From the NCBI RefSeq assembly GCF_001677475.2, contig NZ_CP015229.1: a stretch of DNA of 64,000 nucleotides; one strand, 5' to 3'. The notes beneath the pieces are model-generated. The model ran no database searches, was not told where the DNA came from, and saw nothing but the letters and a program-made list of their open reading frames with translations. Positions 24,324 through 41,701 of the stretch are shown here, piece after piece (position 1 is the first letter of the stretch; every line of letters starts with the position of its first letter). Origin of the DNA: Escherichia coli (lineage in GTDB: Bacteria > Pseudomonadota > Gammaproteobacteria > Enterobacterales > Enterobacteriaceae). The position numbers and the translations under genes were made by a program.

Positions 24324-24343
24324 ATCACCCTCCGATTAAGGCG

Positions 24344-26616
<2,273 letters not shown>

Positions 26617-26666
26617 GAGCTTCTCCTCAATGCCTTGCGGCCTGCCCTAAGGCAAGCCGCCAGACG

Positions 26667-28208
26667 TTACCAGGATTGGGTTGCTTTGAAGGAATCGAGG
26701 ATGCCTTTCAGCTTGCCTTCGATTTCGTCGTTGTAGCCACCGGTCTGGTTGATCTCTTGCATCAACGGAGCGTGATCACGGTCGACGTAAGCCAGCAGAG
26801 CGGCTTCGAAGCTGCCGATTTTCGACAGTTCAACATCCGCCAGGTAACCACGTTCTGCTGCGAACAGAACCAGAGACTGTTGCGCTACGGACATCGGCGC
26901 ATACTGTTTCTGTTTCAGCAGTTCGGTCACTTTCTGACCGTGGTCAAGCTGCTTACGTGTTGCATCGTCAAGGTCGGATGCAAACTGAGAGAACGCTGCC
27001 AGTTCACGATACTGTGCCAGAGCGGTACGGATACCACCGGACAGTTTTTTCATGATCTTGGTCTGTGCTGCACCACCAACACGGGATACGGAAATACCCG
27101 GGTTAACCGCAGGACGAATACCGGCGTTGAACAGGTTGGTTTCCAGGAAGATCTGACCATCGGTAATGGAGATTACGTTGGTTGGAACGAACGCAGAAAC
27201 GTCACCCGCCTGAGTTTCGATAATCGGCAGCGCAGTCAGAGAACCGGTTTTCCCTTTCACTTCACCTTTGGTGAAGGCTTCAACGTATTCGGCGTTAACA
27301 CGCGCAGCACGCTCCAGCAGACGAGAGTGGAGGTAGAATACGTCGCCCGGGAATGCTTCACGTCCTGGCGGACGACGGAGCAGCAGGGAGATCTGACGGT
27401 AAGCAACAGCCTGTTTAGACAGGTCATCGTAAATGATCAGCGCATCTTCACCGCGGTCACGGAAGTATTCGCCCATTGCACAACCAGCGTACGGTGCCAG
27501 GTATTGCAGTGCAGCGGATTCAGACGCGGTTGCTACCACAACGATGGTGTTAGCCAGTGCGCCGTGCTCTTCCAGTTTACGTACCACGTTAGAAATGGTG
27601 GACGCTTTCTGGCCGATAGCGACATAGATACATTTGATACCGGAATCGCGCTGGTTGATGATGGCATCGATAGCCAGTGCGGTTTTACCGGTCTGACGGT
27701 CACCGATGATCAATTCACGCTGACCACGACCGATTGGGATCATGGAGTCAACGGCTTTATAACCGGTCTGTACCGGCTGATCTACGGACTGACGTTCGAT
27801 AACGCCCGGAGCGATTGCTTCTACAGCAGAGAAGCCGTCGTGATCCAGCGGACCTTTACCGTCGATTGGTGCACCCAGAGTGTTAACCACACGGCCCAGC
27901 AGGCCACGGCCAACCGGAACTTCCAGGATACGGCCAGTACACTTAACTTTCATGCCTTCGGCAAGGTCAGCGTACGGACCCATAACAACCGCACCTACAG
28001 AGTCGCGCTCGAGGTTCAGTGCGATAGCGTAACGGTTACCCGGCAGGGAGATCATTTCACCCTGCATACAATCGGCCAGGCCGTGAATGCGGATAACACC
28101 GTCACTTACAGAAACAATAGTACCTTCGTTGTGAGCTTCACTCACAACATTGAACTGAGCAATGCGCTGCTTGATCAGTTCGCTGATTTCGGTGGAATTC
28201 AGTTGCAT
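26667..28208 (-). CDS. atpA: ATP synthase F1 alpha subunit
   Basis: 513 aa ORF, Walker A GDRQTGKT. Confidence 0.97.
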
Positions 28209-28220
28209 GCTCCAGTCCCC

Positions 28221-28754
28221 TTAAGACTGCAAGACGTCTGCAAGGCGCTCAAGACGACCGCGTACGCTGCCATCAATGACCATATCACCCGCTCGGATGA
28301 TAACGCCTGCCATTACAGACTTATCGATTTTGCAATTCAGCTTAACTTTGCGTGACAGACGTTTTTCCATCGCAGCAGAAATTTTCGCGAGCTGTTGTTC
28401 ACTCAGTGCGGCAGCGGAAATGACGTCTACCTCAGCGGTAGCCTCACTCACGGCACGAAGGTGAATAAACTGCTCCAGAACATCCGGGAGCGCGTTAAGA
28501 CGACCATTTTCAGCCATTACCCGAATCAGGTTCTGACCGTTTTCGTCCAGTTGCTCACCACAAACTGCGATAAACGACTCGGCGAGCGTTTCTGGCGCAA
28601 GCGCGCCAGAGAGAAGCTCTGCCATTTGTTCGTTTTTGGTTACCTCGGCGGCAAACGCCAGCATGTCCTGCCAGCGTTCTACACTTTGGTGTTCGACGGC
28701 AAAGTCAAAAGCTGCTTTGGCGTAGGGGCGAGCTACCGTAATAAATTCAGACAT
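28221..28754 (-). CDS. atpH: ATP synthase F1 delta subunit
   Basis: 177 aa ORF; synteny. Confidence 0.95.
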
Positions 28755-28768
28755 CAGCCCCTCCCTCC

Positions 28769-29239
28769 TTACAGTTCAGCGACAAGTTTATCCACGATGT
28801 CGCTGTTAGCAGCTTCATCCACGGAACGTTCGATGATCTTCTCGGCGCCAGCAACAGCCAGGATAGCAACTTGCTTACGCAGCTCTTCACGGGCACGTTT
28901 ACGCTCGGCTTCAATTTCTGCCTGCGCCTGGGCCACGATTTTAGTACGTTCCTGTTCTGCCTCAGCTTTCGCTTCGTCCAGAATCTGCGAGCGGCGTTTG
29001 TTCGCCTGCTCGATGATTACCTGGGCTTCCGCTTTCGCTTTTTTCAGCTGGTCGGTCGCGCTGGCCTTTGCAAGGTCAAGGTCCTTATGTGCTCGTTCTG
29101 CGGAAGCAAGGCCGTCAGCAATTTCTTTTTGACGTTTTTCGATGGCTGCCATTAATGGCGGCCATACGTACTTCATGCAGAACAGAACGAACAGGACAAA
29201 CGCGATGGCCTGGCCGAGGATTGTTGCGTTAAGATTCAC
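28769..29239 (-). CDS. atpF: ATP synthase Fo subunit b
   Basis: 156 aa ORF with N-terminal TM helix and charged coiled coil. Confidence 0.95.
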
Positions 29240-29283
29240 AGCACAATGCCTCTATTTAGTTAACGTTCTGATATTGCTCTTTA

Positions 29284-29558
<275 letters not shown>

Positions 29559-29586
29559 TCAGTTAAAACGTAGTAGTGTTGGTAAA

Positions 29587-30791
<1,205 letters not shown>

Positions 30792-31407
30792 CACGTTTTT
30801 CACTCCTGCTCCCTTCGAGGTATGCCGCGTGTCGTATAAAACTTTCTTTAAGGCTTAGAGTCAAGCATCAAAAAGCGGTCAAATTATACGGTGCGCCCCC
30901 GTGATTTCAAACAATAAGTAGCCAAAAGGTGAATAAATGTTTAAATATTTTTCCAGTGCATACAATTGCGACTTTTCTGCTAACCATGTTCGATCATGAA
31001 AAACTGTAAATAACGCGTAAACACTGGTGATAAAGCGTGCTTCAGATCACATATTGCGCATGTTCGCGCACAGCATATTTATTTACTTGGCAAATGATGC
31101 CTTTGCAAGTTTATGATATTTCAGTCTAAAAACAGATACTGTTTTAATAAATGACATTTACACAACAAAAACCACCCATTGACATTTTTAATAATGTTTT
31201 AACAGCCAATGATGATTCTTAGCGCCGATTTTTAGCAGACTGATATTTTCACTTATGACTTATTTTCTGCTTACCAAAAAAAGCCACGTTACTTTGTTGA
31301 TGCAAAAGAGTGAACGTGGCGTTAAATGTAACCAGTTATATCAGTAGAAAACCTGGTTGTTGTTAACAGTCTAACCGGTCAATTTTTTATGATTTTTTTG
31401 ATAAAAA

Positions 31408-32031
31408 TTAAATTTTATTTGCTTTAATCACCACCAGATGACGTTCGCCATCCAGGGCCGGAACGTGAAGTTTAACCACTGATTCGACCTGATATTCTTC
31501 GGGCAACAAAGCGATTTCATCTTCCGGCATTTGGCCTTTCAGCGCGTAGAAACGACCTTGCTCACCAGGAAGATGGTGGCACCAGCTCACCATATCGTTC
31601 AGAGAGGCAAAAGCGCGGCTAATTACGCCATCAAATGGCGGCTCAGAAGGAAACTCTTCTACCCTGCTCTGTACTGGCTCAATATTCTCCAGTTTTAGCT
31701 CATGTTGCACCTGACGAAGGAAACGCACGCGTTTACCAAGGCTATCCAACAACGTGAAGTGGGCTTCAGGACGTACGATAGAGAGTGGAATGCCAGGCAG
31801 TCCTGGTCCGGTGCCGACATCGATAAACCGTTCACCTTGCAGATACGGTGCCACCACAATGCTATCGAGAATATGGCGTACCAGCATCTCATTAGGATCG
31901 CGGACCGAAGTCAGGTTGTACGCTTTATTCCATTTATGCAGCATATTCACGTAGGCAATTAGCTGGTTTTTCTGGTGATCGGTAAGCGAAATTCCTGCGT
32001 CTTTCAGCAGAGAGGTGAGTTTGTTGAGCAC
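31408..32031 (-). CDS. rsmG: 16S rRNA m7G527 methyltransferase
   Basis: 207 aa ORF; synteny upstream of the atp operon. Confidence 0.93.
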   Translation of the reverse strand: MLNKLTSLLKDAGISLTDHQKNQLIAYVNMLHKWNKAYNLTSVRDPNEMLVRHILDSIVVAPYLQGERFIDVGTGPGLPGIPLSIVRPEAHFTLLDSLGKRVRFLRQVQHELKLENIEPVQSRVEEFPSEPPFDGVISRAFASLNDMVSWCHHLPGEQGRFYALKGQMPEDEIALLPEEYQVESVVKLHVPALDGERHLVVIKANKI

Positions 32032-32094
32032 GGTGATTACCTGTTCTTGATGCGTTGCCCGGTAAGCGGGTGCTTACCAGGCATTTTTAATGCG

Positions 32095-33984
32095 TTATGC
32101 GCTACGACGCAGCATACCCTGTTTTTTCAGCCACACCAGCAGAATGGAGATGGCCGCAGGCGTGACGCCAGAAATACGCGAAGCCTGGCCGATAGAGGCC
32201 GGTTTGTGATCGTTAAGTTTGGCGATCACTTCGTTAGAAAGACCGGATACCTGGCGGTAATCCAGCGTCGCTGGTAGCAGGGTGTTCTCGTTACGCAGCT
32301 GCTTTTCGATCTCATCTTGCTGGCGCGCGATATAACCTTCGTATTTAACCTGAATCTCAACCTGTTCAGCCGCCTGATCGTCTGTCAACGCAGGGGCAAA
32401 CGGCGTCAGCGTGGTTAATTTTTCATAAGTCATTTCCGGACGACGCAGCAGATCTTCACCACTGGCTTCACGGGAAAGCGGCGCAGTCAGGTGAGCATTC
32501 ACTTCGGCTGCAGCTTCCGCCGACGGGGTTACCCAAGTCGATTTCAGACGCTGACGCTCACGCTCGATATTCTCAAGTTTCTCGTTAAAGCGCGCCCAAC
32601 GTTCGTCATCCACCAGGCCCAGTTCACGACCGATTTCAGTCAAACGCAGATCAGCATTATCTTCGCGCAGCATCAGACGATATTCTGCGCGCGAGGTAAA
32701 CATACGATACGGTTCTTTGGTTCCTAAAGTGCACAGGTCATCAACCAGTACGCCGAGATACGCCTGAGAACGCGTCGGAGCCCAACCATCTTTGTCAGCA
32801 GACAGACGGGCAGCGTTAAGACCGGCCAGCAAACCTTGCGCAGCGGCTTCTTCGTAACCGGTAGTGCCGTTAATCTGACCAGCAAAGAACAGCCCCTGGA
32901 TAAACTTGCTCTCCAGCGTCGGTTTCAGGTCGCGTGGATCGAAGAAGTCATACTCAATGGCATAACCTGGACGCACGATCTTCGCGTTTTCCATCCCCTG
33001 CATGGAGCGGACGATTTGCATCTGCACATCGAACGGCAGGCTGGTGGAGATACCGTTCGGATAAATTTCGTTTGAGGTCAGCCCTTCCGGTTCAAGGAAG
33101 ATCTGATGTTGATTTCTGTCGGCGAAGCGCATGACTTTGTCTTCGATCGACGGGCAGTAGCGTGGGCCGACACCTTCGATCACCCCTGCATACATTGGGC
33201 TACGATCGAGGTTACTGCGGATCACATCATGGGTTTTCTCGTTGGTATGGGTGATATAACACGGCACCTGCTGTGGATGCTGGGATGCATTACCCATAAA
33301 CGAGAATACCGGCATTGGGTTATCGCCATGCTGTTGCGCCAGCACGCTGAAGTCGATAGTACGCGCATCAATACGCGGCGGTGTCCCGGTTTTCAGACGA
33401 CCAACGCGCAGCGGCAGTTCACGCAAACGGCGAGAGAGCGGAATGGACGGCGGATCACCAGCACGACCACCGCTGTAGTTATCCAGACCGATATGAATTT
33501 TACCGTCGAGGAACGTCCCAACGGTGAGCACGACGGCTTTGGCACGGAACTTCAGTCCCATTTGGGTAACAGCACCGACCACGCGATCGTTTTCGACAAT
33601 AAGATCTTCAACCGCCTGCTGGAAGATCATCAGGTTCGGTTGGTTCTCCAGCGCCGTACGTACCGCCTGCCGGTAGAGCACACGATCCGCCTGAGCACGG
33701 GTAGCGCGAACCGCTGGTCCCTTGCTTGCGTTTAGTATCCTAAACTGGATACCCGCCTGATCGATCGCTTTCGCCATCAGACCGCCGAGTGCATCCACTT
33801 CTTTTACCAGATGTCCCTTCCCAATACCGCCGATCGCCGGGTTGCAGCTCATCTGCCCCAGCGTGTCGATATTGTGTGTCAAAAGCAGAGTCTGTTGACC
33901 CATACGCGCCGCGGCCATCGCGGCCTCGGTGCCTGCATGACCCCCGCCAATGATGATGACGTCAAAAGGATCCGGATAAAACAT
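32095..33984 (-). CDS. mnmG: tRNA uridine 5-carboxymethylaminomethyl modification enzyme
   Basis: 629 aa ORF, FAD-binding [10 protein letters not shown] near N-terminus. Confidence 0.95.
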   Translation of the reverse strand: MFYPDPFDVIIIGGGHAGTEAAMAAARMGQQTLLLTHNIDTLGQMSCNPAIGGIGKGHLVKEVDALGGLMAKAIDQAGIQFRILNASKGPAVRATRAQADRVLYRQAVRTALENQPNLMIFQQAVEDLIVENDRVVGAVTQMGLKFRAKAVVLTVGTFLDGKIHIGLDNYSGGRAGDPPSIPLSRRLRELPLRVGRLKTGTPPRIDARTIDFSVLAQQHGDNPMPVFSFMGNASQHPQQVPCYITHTNEKTHDVIRSNLDRSPMYAGVIEGVGPRYCPSIEDKVMRFADRNQHQIFLEPEGLTSNEIYPNGISTSLPFDVQMQIVRSMQGMENAKIVRPGYAIEYDFFDPRDLKPTLESKFIQGLFFAGQINGTTGYEEAAAQGLLAGLNAARLSADKDGWAPTRSQAYLGVLVDDLCTLGTKEPYRMFTSRAEYRLMLREDNADLRLTEIGRELGLVDDERWARFNEKLENIERERQRLKSTWVTPSAEAAAEVNAHLTAPLSREASGEDLLRRPEMTYEKLTTLTPFAPALTDDQAAEQVEIQVKYEGYIARQQDEIEKQLRNENTLLPATLDYRQVSGLSNEVIAKLNDHKPASIGQASRISGVTPAAISILLVWLKKQGMLRRSA

Positions 33985-34072
33985 GGTGATTGCCTCGCAT
34001 AACGCGGTATGAAAATGGATTGAAGCCCGGGCCGTGGATTCTACTCAACTTTGTCGGCTTGAGAAAGACCTG

Positions 34073-34340
34073 GGATCCTGGGTATTAAAAAGAAGATCTA
34101 TTTATTTAGAGATCTGTTCTATTGTGATCTCTTATTAGGATCGCACTGCCCTGTGGATAACAAGGATCCGGCTTTTAAGATCAACAACCTGGAAAGGATC
34201 ATTAACTGTGAATGATCGGTGATCCTGGACCGTATAAGCTGGGATCAGAATGAGGGGTTATACACAACTCAAAAACTGAACAACGGTTTTTCTTTGGATA
34301 ACTACCGGTTGATCCAAGCTTCCTGACAGAGTTATCCACA
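34073..34340. other. oriC: chromosomal replication origin oriC
   Basis: three GATCTnTTnTTTT 13-mers at 34095-34139, DnaA boxes TGTGGATAA (34152-34160), TTATACACA (34258-34266), TTATCCACA (34332-34340), dense GATC sites, between mnmG and mioC. Confidence 0.9.
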
Positions 34341-34362
34341 GTAGATCGCACGATCTGTATAC

Positions 34363-34806
34363 TTATTTGAGTAAATTAATCCACGATCCTAGCCATTCTT
34401 CTGCCGGATCTTCCGGAATGTCGTGATCAAGAATGTTGATCTTCAGTGTTTCGCCTGTCTGTTTTGCACCGGAATTTTTGAGTTCTGCCTCGAGTTTATC
34501 GATAGCCCCACAAAAGGTGTCATATTCACGACTACCAATACCGATTGCGCCAAAGCGGACCGCAGAAAGATCGGGCTTCTGTTCCTGCAATGCTTCATAG
34601 AAAGGAGAAAGGTTGTCCGGAATATCTCCGGCACCGTGGGTTGAGCTGATAACCAGCCAGATCCCAGAGGCAGATAAATCTTCCAACAGCGGACCGTGCA
34701 GCGTTTCGGTGGTAAAACCCGCCTCTTCCAGTTTTTCAGCCAGGTGTTCTGCTACATATTCGGCACCGCCGAGGGTGCTGCCGCTGATAAGAGTGATATC
34801 TGCCAT
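34363..34806 (-). CDS. mioC: flavodoxin-like FMN-binding protein MioC
   Basis: 147 aa ORF; position adjacent to oriC. Confidence 0.93.
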   Translation of the reverse strand: MADITLISGSTLGGAEYVAEHLAEKLEEAGFTTETLHGPLLEDLSASGIWLVISSTHGAGDIPDNLSPFYEALQEQKPDLSAVRFGAIGIGSREYDTFCGAIDKLEAELKNSGAKQTGETLKINILDHDIPEDPAEEWLGSWINLLK

Positions 34807-34895
34807 AAACCGCCACCTTTATTAAGAGTGGCGTATTGTACGCTGTGAACGCGTTGGGATCTACCTGTGGAAAAGTATGGGATTAAAAAAGCCGA

Positions 34896-35354
34896 TCAGG
34901 GCTTGATGGTACGCATGATCGGGTTCTGCAGGACGATCAATGTCTCGGTGGACTGAATTTCATCAATTGTTTGGATCTTGTTGATAAGTACATGCTGGAG
35001 AGCATCGATCGAACGGCACATTACTTTGATAAAGATGCTGTAGTGGCCAGTTGTGTAATAGGCTTCAGTGACTTCATCGAGGCTTTCCAGCTTTGCCAGC
35101 GCGGAAGGATAGTCTTTGGCGCTCTTTAATATAATGCCGATAAAGCAGCCTACGTCATAACCGAGCTGCTTCGGGCTGACATCAATACGCGCCCCGGTAA
35201 TGATCCCCGCCTGCTTCATTTTCTCTACTCGAACGTGAATCGTCCCCGGACTGACGCCAAATTGTTTCGCCAGTTCAGCGTAAGCGGTGCGCGCATTGCC
35301 CATTAATGCTTCCAGGATGCCACGGTCCAGATTGTCGATCAGATAATTTTCCAT
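34896..35354 (-). CDS. asnC: Lrp/AsnC-family transcriptional regulator
   Basis: 152 aa ORF; divergent from asnA. Confidence 0.93.
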   Translation of the reverse strand: MENYLIDNLDRGILEALMGNARTAYAELAKQFGVSPGTIHVRVEKMKQAGIITGARIDVSPKQLGYDVGCFIGIILKSAKDYPSALAKLESLDEVTEAYYTTGHYSIFIKVMCRSIDALQHVLINKIQTIDEIQSTETLIVLQNPIMRTIKP

Positions 35355-35505
35355 AGGATTTTCTTATGCGGATTGATGATTCATTCTATTTTAGCCTTCT
35401 TTTTTAATGAATCAAAAGTGAGTTAGGCTTTTTATTGAATGATTATTGCATGTGTGTCGGTTTTTGTTGCTTAATCATAAGCAACAGGACGCAGGAGTAT
35501 AAAAA

Positions 35506-36498
35506 ATGAAAACCGCTTACATTGCCAAACAACGCCAAATTAGCTTCGTGAAATCTCACTTTTCTCGTCAACTGGAAGAACGTCTGGGGCTGATCGAAGT
35601 CCAGGCGCCGATTCTTAGCCGTGTGGGGGATGGCACGCAGGATAACTTGTCGGGCTGTGAAAAAGCGGTACAGGTAAAAGTGAAAGCTCTGCCTGATGCC
35701 CAGTTCGAAGTGGTTCATTCACTGGCGAAGTGGAAACGTCAGACCTTAGGGCAACACGACTTCAGCGCGGGCGAAGGGCTGTACACGCACATGAAAGCCC
35801 TTCGCCCCGATGAAGACCGTCTTTCTCCGTTGCACTCGGTCTATGTAGACCAGTGGGACTGGGAACGCGTAATGGGCGACGGCGAGCGTCAATTCTCGAC
35901 TCTGAAAAGCACGGTAGAGGCGATCTGGGCGGGAATTAAAGCAACCGAAGCTGCGGTTAGCGAAGAGTTTGGCCTGGCACCGTTCCTGCCGGATCAGATC
36001 CACTTCGTACACAGCCAGGAGTTACTGTCTCGTTATCCGGATCTCGATGCCAAAGGGCGTGAGCGGGCGATTGCGAAAGATCTAGGCGCGGTATTCCTCG
36101 TCGGGATTGGCGGCAAGTTGAGTGATGGTCATCGTCACGACGTGCGCGCACCGGATTATGATGACTGGAGCACCCCGTCAGAGCTGGGCCATGCGGGTCT
36201 GAACGGCGATATTCTGGTATGGAACCCGGTACTGGAAGATGCGTTTGAGCTTTCTTCCATGGGGATCCGCGTGGATGCCGACACGCTGAAGCATCAGCTG
36301 GCGCTGACCGGTGACGAAGATCGCCTGGAGCTGGAGTGGCATCAGGCGCTGCTGCGCGGTGAAATGCCGCAGACCATCGGCGGCGGTATCGGGCAGTCTC
36401 GTTTGACCATGCTGCTGCTGCAACTGCCACATATCGGCCAGGTTCAGTGTGGTGTATGGCCGGCAGCTGTTCGCGAGAGCGTCCCTTCTCTGCTGTAA
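35506..36498 (+). CDS. asnA: aspartate--ammonia ligase (asparagine synthetase A)
   Basis: 330 aa [41 protein letters not shown]... Confidence 0.95.
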
Positions 36499-36502
36499 TA
36501 AT

Positions 36503-37954
36503 TTATCGCCGCCAGCGTCTGAGCAGGCGGCTTCGCATCCCGGTATCAAAGCGCCAGATATGATCGAAAATGCGCATGATGCCGGGTTTGCCATGTGCCG
36601 ACATCGCCACGGCATGAAAGCGATGCTGATGTACCCGCTGCAACTCTTTCACTTTGCTCGTCACGTCGTCAGGCAACCGCTGGGCGATAAAATCAGAAAT
36701 CACCACCGCATCGGCATCAAACCATTCCCGGCTTTGCAAGCGTTCCATAATGGCGCGAAAACAACTGGCCAGATCGGTGCCGCCACGAAACTGCTGGCTT
36801 AAAAAACGGATTGCTTGTTCGATGCCTTGTGGGCCTGAAAGCTCATAACGGACGATCTCGGTGGAAAATAACATAATATAGCAGCGCCGGTTTTCAGCGA
36901 GAGCAATGCGCATCAAGGCCAGGCAGAACGCTTTCGCACACTGTTCATTAAAGCCGCCCATTGAGCCGGAAGTATCCACACAGACAATAAACGGTCCGCG
37001 CGGCTGTTCGTCGTAATCTTTATGCACCACCGGGCGTTCGATCACTTTTTCTCGCCACGACTCACCGTGCAGGCGATAGGTGAGCAACTGTTTTTCCACC
37101 AGCCGACGGTAAAACTCATACTCCAGTTCTGTTATCCCTAGTGTCGCCAGTTCTGGCGGCAGGAGACGTAAAATATCATCGCTTTGTTGCAGACCATCAA
37201 CCTGCTCAGGAACCGTCGCCGGTTCGCGCACCAGGGTGCGGAAGGTTTCCATCTGCGCATCGTTGCGCGGTATTGATTTGGCTTCCCGGGAACGCCCCAG
37301 CTGTTCTGCCAGGCGTTTCAGTTCCGGCTGTTCGTTAAGAAATTCACCGTATTTCACAATCAACTGATAGTCGCCGCGTTTAAGCTGACCGGCGCTCATA
37401 TCCCACAGACGACCAGCTGCGGTATTGTTATCTGCGAGAATGGGTTCAAGTTGCCCGCTCAGCGTCATGCGTTCCTGAACTTCACTCAACAGTTGTTCGC
37501 GTTCTTCTTCTAATAGCTGCTGATTTAGCGTCGTTGCTTGCACGATCAGACTTAAACGCCAGCGCTGGAGAAAAAGCGTGTGTAACGCTGAAGTGATCGT
37601 ACTGTTAGCATCAACCAACTGTCGGGCTTGTTCTGCCCATGGAGAATTCAGACGATGCAGTAAGTCCAGGATCTGTGGTAGCTGCACAATAAACTGCGGC
37701 GTGGAGAGGAGCTGGCTTTGCTGATAGCACATCACCTCTTCGGTGAGTTCCGGCGGGACTCGGGCATCTTTCAGCCGACTGCGCAGTGCCTCACGCCAGC
37801 GGGGAACATCATCAGTGATTGCCGCCTTCAGTCGTGGGAATTTTTCAAAGAAGACTGCCAGCTGCGGTGAGGCCAGCAGCGCGATGATCATCTCTTCGAT
37901 CAATCCCTCTTCGCTGACGGCCAGCATCACATTAAGCGTATCCAGCGTTAGCAT
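36503..37954 (-). CDS. viaA: VWA-domain protein interacting with RavA
   Basis: 483 aa ORF; overlaps ravA 3' end. Confidence 0.9.
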   Translation of the reverse strand: MLTLDTLNVMLAVSEEGLIEEMIIALLASPQLAVFFEKFPRLKAAITDDVPRWREALRSRLKDARVPPELTEEVMCYQQSQLLSTPQFIVQLPQILDLLHRLNSPWAEQARQLVDANSTITSALHTLFLQRWRLSLIVQATTLNQQLLEEEREQLLSEVQERMTLSGQLEPILADNNTAAGRLWDMSAGQLKRGDYQLIVKYGEFLNEQPELKRLAEQLGRSREAKSIPRNDAQMETFRTLVREPATVPEQVDGLQQSDDILRLLPPELATLGITELEYEFYRRLVEKQLLTYRLHGESWREKVIERPVVHKDYDEQPRGPFIVCVDTSGSMGGFNEQCAKAFCLALMRIALAENRRCYIMLFSTEIVRYELSGPQGIEQAIRFLSQQFRGGTDLASCFRAIMERLQSREWFDADAVVISDFIAQRLPDDVTSKVKELQRVHQHRFHAVAMSAHGKPGIMRIFDHIWRFDTGMRSRLLRRWRR

Positions 37955-39444
37955 TGTTGTGCCTGGCGAATCTGTGCACCGACATCCTGTAGGCTGGCTT
38001 CAATGCGACCTAACCAGTCGCCAGGGATAAACAGACATTTTTGCTGTTCGCTGAATAAAGCGTGTTGCTTGCGCCAGTCGCTTTCAAGCTCTTCCAGTTG
38101 TTGTTTTATTTCACCTGGCAGACCTTCAGCCGATGAACCGGGAAGTGCCAGCGTACTGCCTTGTAAACTTACATCGCGTACAACAAGATGTTGGGCGCTA
38201 TCAACTTCCAGATTCAGTTTCTGGGCAAAGCCGATACCGTTTAGTTTGCCGCGAATTTCACCACCTTTACTCAGCCACTGTTCCAGCGCGCTACGCTCAA
38301 AGGAGATATGAACCACTTCCATATCATGCAGTTTTAACGGTTTTTGCAGCAGCAGAGTCAGAGTGGAAGCAGTAACGTTAACAGGGAGTTGATACTGCTG
38401 ACGACGGCTGAAAATGCCGCCCAGACGAATTACCGTTAAGGCTGTTTTATCGCTTTGTTGCTGCTGTAGTTGCAGGTGACGTTGCACAATCGCGCCCAGG
38501 CGGGTCAACATCCCTTGCTGTTGCCAGGCATGACCGGTCATCAATACATCAATTTGTTGTTGTATCAAATTCAGGCTTTGCGCGTCATACCACAGGCAAT
38601 CTTTCAGCAAAATGAGATCTACCGGGGCAACAGCACTGCGACCGCTAAAAAAGGCGCTGGCCTGCAATAATCGGATCGCTTTTTTCCAGCGACGATCCGA
38701 GACATAAGGCGCATCCGGTAATTTATCCAGTTGCTGGCGCAGCATAAAAATCAGCTCAAATACATGATCGGGCAGCGTAATTTCACCAATCTCTTTCTGC
38801 CAGCGTTCATATTCTTCATCTGTGACCTGCAAGGCATCAGGAACCGGATTGTCGTTTTCATCCTGTTGACTGGTCAGCATGGAGCGGAAATTCGCTTTAT
38901 CCTGCACTTTATCTAACCACAGACGAATCAGCATGCGGTCATATAACGCTTCCAGACTGCTGTCTGCTTCCGGCAGCTCGTTGGAGGCCGCCACCAGTAG
39001 ACGCATCGGGATTTTTTCTACGTGTGCACCGTTGCGGAACTGGCGCTCGTTAATGGCGGTGAGCAAGGTATTAAGAATTGCCGGGCCCGCTTTCCAGATC
39101 TCATCCAGAAAGACGATTTCTGCTTCCGGCAGGTAACCGTTGGTTAAACGTTCATAGCGCCCTTCATCTTTTAGCGCCTGAATAGAAAGGGGACCAAAAA
39201 CTTCTTCCGGCGTGGAGAAGCGGGTCATCAGATATTCAAACGCGCGGGCATTCTGAAAGGCGAATTTTAAGCGCCGGGCGATCAAACTTTTGGCAATACC
39301 TGGCGGGCCAAGGAGGAACACACTTTCACCACTTAATGCCGCTAATAAACACAAGCGGATGGCGTGGCTACGTTCATAAAGCCCCTTTTCCAACGAACTG
39401 CTCAGGCGGGAAATTCTTTCCGCTAATAAATGAGGGTGAGCCAT
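37948..39444 (-). CDS. ravA: MoxR-family AAA+ ATPase RavA
   Basis: ORF with Walker A GPPGIAKS; start set at [11 protein letters not shown]... (track ORF begins 8 codons upstream). Confidence 0.9.
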   Translation of the reverse strand: MAHPHLLAERISRLSSSLEKGLYERSHAIRLCLLAALSGESVFLLGPPGIAKSLIARRLKFAFQNARAFEYLMTRFSTPEEVFGPLSIQALKDEGRYERLTNGYLPEAEIVFLDEIWKAGPAILNTLLTAINERQFRNGAHVEKIPMRLLVAASNELPEADSSLEALYDRMLIRLWLDKVQDKANFRSMLTSQQDENDNPVPDALQVTDEEYERWQKEIGEITLPDHVFELIFMLRQQLDKLPDAPYVSDRRWKKAIRLLQASAFFSGRSAVAPVDLILLKDCLWYDAQSLNLIQQQIDVLMTGHAWQQQGMLTRLGAIVQRHLQLQQQQSDKTALTVIRLGGIFSRRQQYQLPVNVTASTLTLLLQKPLKLHDMEVVHISFERSALEQWLSKGGEIRGKLNGIGFAQKLNLEVDSAQHLVVRDVSLQGSTLALPGSSAEGLPGEIKQQLEELESDWRKQHALFSEQQKCLFIPGDWLGRIEASLQDVGAQIRQAQQC

Positions 39445-39666
39445 AATGAAGTGGCGTCCTTTCGTCAAAAGTTCTGCGTAAATTGCGAGTATAGACGTTT
39501 CTTGCTGGTGGCTAAAATAGTCTCAAAGGGGGGGCATTTTTCTTTGAGCCAGGTTAATGTGGCCGCATTTAGGAGTACGATTTTGCCGTTAATCGTGCAT
39601 ACTGTGCGCTTTTTTGTGGGCCAAGGGACTAAGCACACATTTCATATTTCAACGAAAGACTAGTCT

Positions 39667-41535
39667 ATGAGCACTGATAATAAGCAATCATTGCCCGCGA
39701 TTACCCTCGCGGCGATTGGAGTTGTCTACGGCGATATTGGTACCAGCCCGTTATATACACTTCGTGAATGTTTGTCCGGCCAGTTTGGTTTTGGCGTTGA
39801 ACGCGATGCCGTGTTTGGCTTTTTATCGCTGATCTTCTGGCTGCTAATCTTTGTGGTTTCCATTAAATATCTCACCTTCGTGATGCGGGCAGATAACGCC
39901 GGTGAAGGGGGGATCCTGACGTTGATGTCGCTTGCCGGGCGTAATACGTCGGCGCGAACCACATCAATGCTGGTGATTATGGGGTTAATCGGCGGCAGCT
40001 TTTTCTATGGTGAAGTCGTCATAACACCCGCTATTTCGGTGATGTCAGCCATTGAAGGTCTGGAAATCGTCGCCCCGCAGCTGGATACCTGGATAGTTCC
40101 CCTCTCAATTATCGTTCTCACTTTATTATTTATGATTCAAAAGCATGGCACGGCTATGGTCGGTAAGCTGTTTGCGCCGATCATGCTGACCTGGTTTTTG
40201 ATTCTGGCAGGACTGGGATTACGTAGCATTATTGCTAACCCGGAAGTGCTGCATGCGTTGAATCCGATGTGGGCGGTGCATTTCTTCCTTGAATACAAAA
40301 CGGTTTCTTTTATTGCATTAGGGGCAGTGGTGCTGTCGATTACGGGGGTCGAGGCGCTGTATGCTGATATGGGGCACTTTGGTAAGTTCCCTATTCGCCT
40401 GGCGTGGTTCACCGTCGTATTACCTTCCTTGACCCTTAATTACTTCGGTCAGGGAGCGTTGTTGTTAAAGAACCCGGAAGCGATTAAGAACCCGTTCTTC
40501 CTGTTGGCACCGGACTGGGCGCTGATCCCGCTGCTGATCATCGCCGCACTGGCAACGGTAATTGCCTCGCAGGCGGTTATCTCTGGCGTCTTCTCATTGA
40601 CGCGTCAGGCGGTACGTCTGGGATATTTGTCGCCGATGCGCATTATTCACACCTCCGAAATGGAGTCAGGGCAAATCTATATTCCGTTTGTGAACTGGAT
40701 GCTCTATGTCGCGGTCGTGATTGTGATTGTCAGCTTTGAGCACTCCAGCAACCTGGCGGCGGCGTACGGGATTGCGGTGACCGGAACCATGGTGCTGACG
40801 TCTATTCTCTCGACTACCGTGGCACGTCAGAACTGGCACTGGAATAAGTATTTTGTTGCGCTGATCCTGATTGCTTTCCTTTGTGTCGATATTCCATTGT
40901 TCACCGCTAACCTCGATAAACTGCTCTCCGGCGGCTGGTTGCCATTGAGCCTCGGTACGGTGATGTTTATCGTGATGACCACCTGGAAGAGCGAGCGTTT
41001 CCGCTTGCTGCGGCGGATGCATGAACATGGTAACTCTCTGGAAGCGATGATTGCTTCGCTGGAGAAATCACCGCCCGTTCGCGTGCCCGGGACCGCAGTG
41101 TATATGTCGCGTGCAATCAACGTCATTCCCTTTGCGCTGATGCATAACCTTAAACATAACAAGGTATTGCATGAGCGGGTGATTCTGTTAACTCTGCGCA
41201 CCGAAGACGCGCCATATGTCCATAACGTCCGTCGGGTACAGATTGAACAACTGTCGCCCACTTTCTGGCGCGTGGTGGCAAGTTATGGTTGGCGAGAAAC
41301 GCCAAACGTGGAAGAAGTATTCCACCGCTGCGGTCTGGAAGGATTAAGTTGCCGGATGATGGAAACCTCCTTCTTTATGTCGCATGAGTCGTTGATCCTC
41401 GGCAAACGCCCGTGGTATTTGCGTCTGCGCGGTAAGCTGTACTTGCTGTTGCAACGTAATGCGCTGCGTGCGCCGGATCAATTTGAAATCCCGCCAAACA
41501 GGGTTATCGAACTGGGTACTCAGGTCGAAATCTAA
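39667..41535 (+). CDS. kup: low-affinity potassium uptake protein Kup
   Basis: 622 aa membrane [34 protein letters not shown]... Confidence 0.95.
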
Positions 41536-41701
41536 CGCCAGACGCCTCCTTTCTCCATAAGGGGGCGTTTTTGTTTTCATGGTTAATCACCATGTAAAAC
41601 GTTTCGAGGTTGATCACATTTCCGTAACGTCACGATGGTTTTCCCAACTCAGTCAGGATTAAACTGCGGGTCAGCGAAACGTTTCGCTGATGGAGAAAAA
41701 A

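Noticed and set aside
26676-28355. 559-aa plus-strand ORF
   Set aside because: Lies entirely antisense to atpA and atpH, which are unambiguous conserved genes; long antisense ORFs are common in GC-balanced coding DNA.
30804-31407. 600-bp non-coding gap between atpI and rsmG as a possible missing gene or sRNA
   Set aside because: This long AT-rich intergenic region is the normal atp promoter region in E. coli; no ORF over 60 codons and nothing atypical seen.
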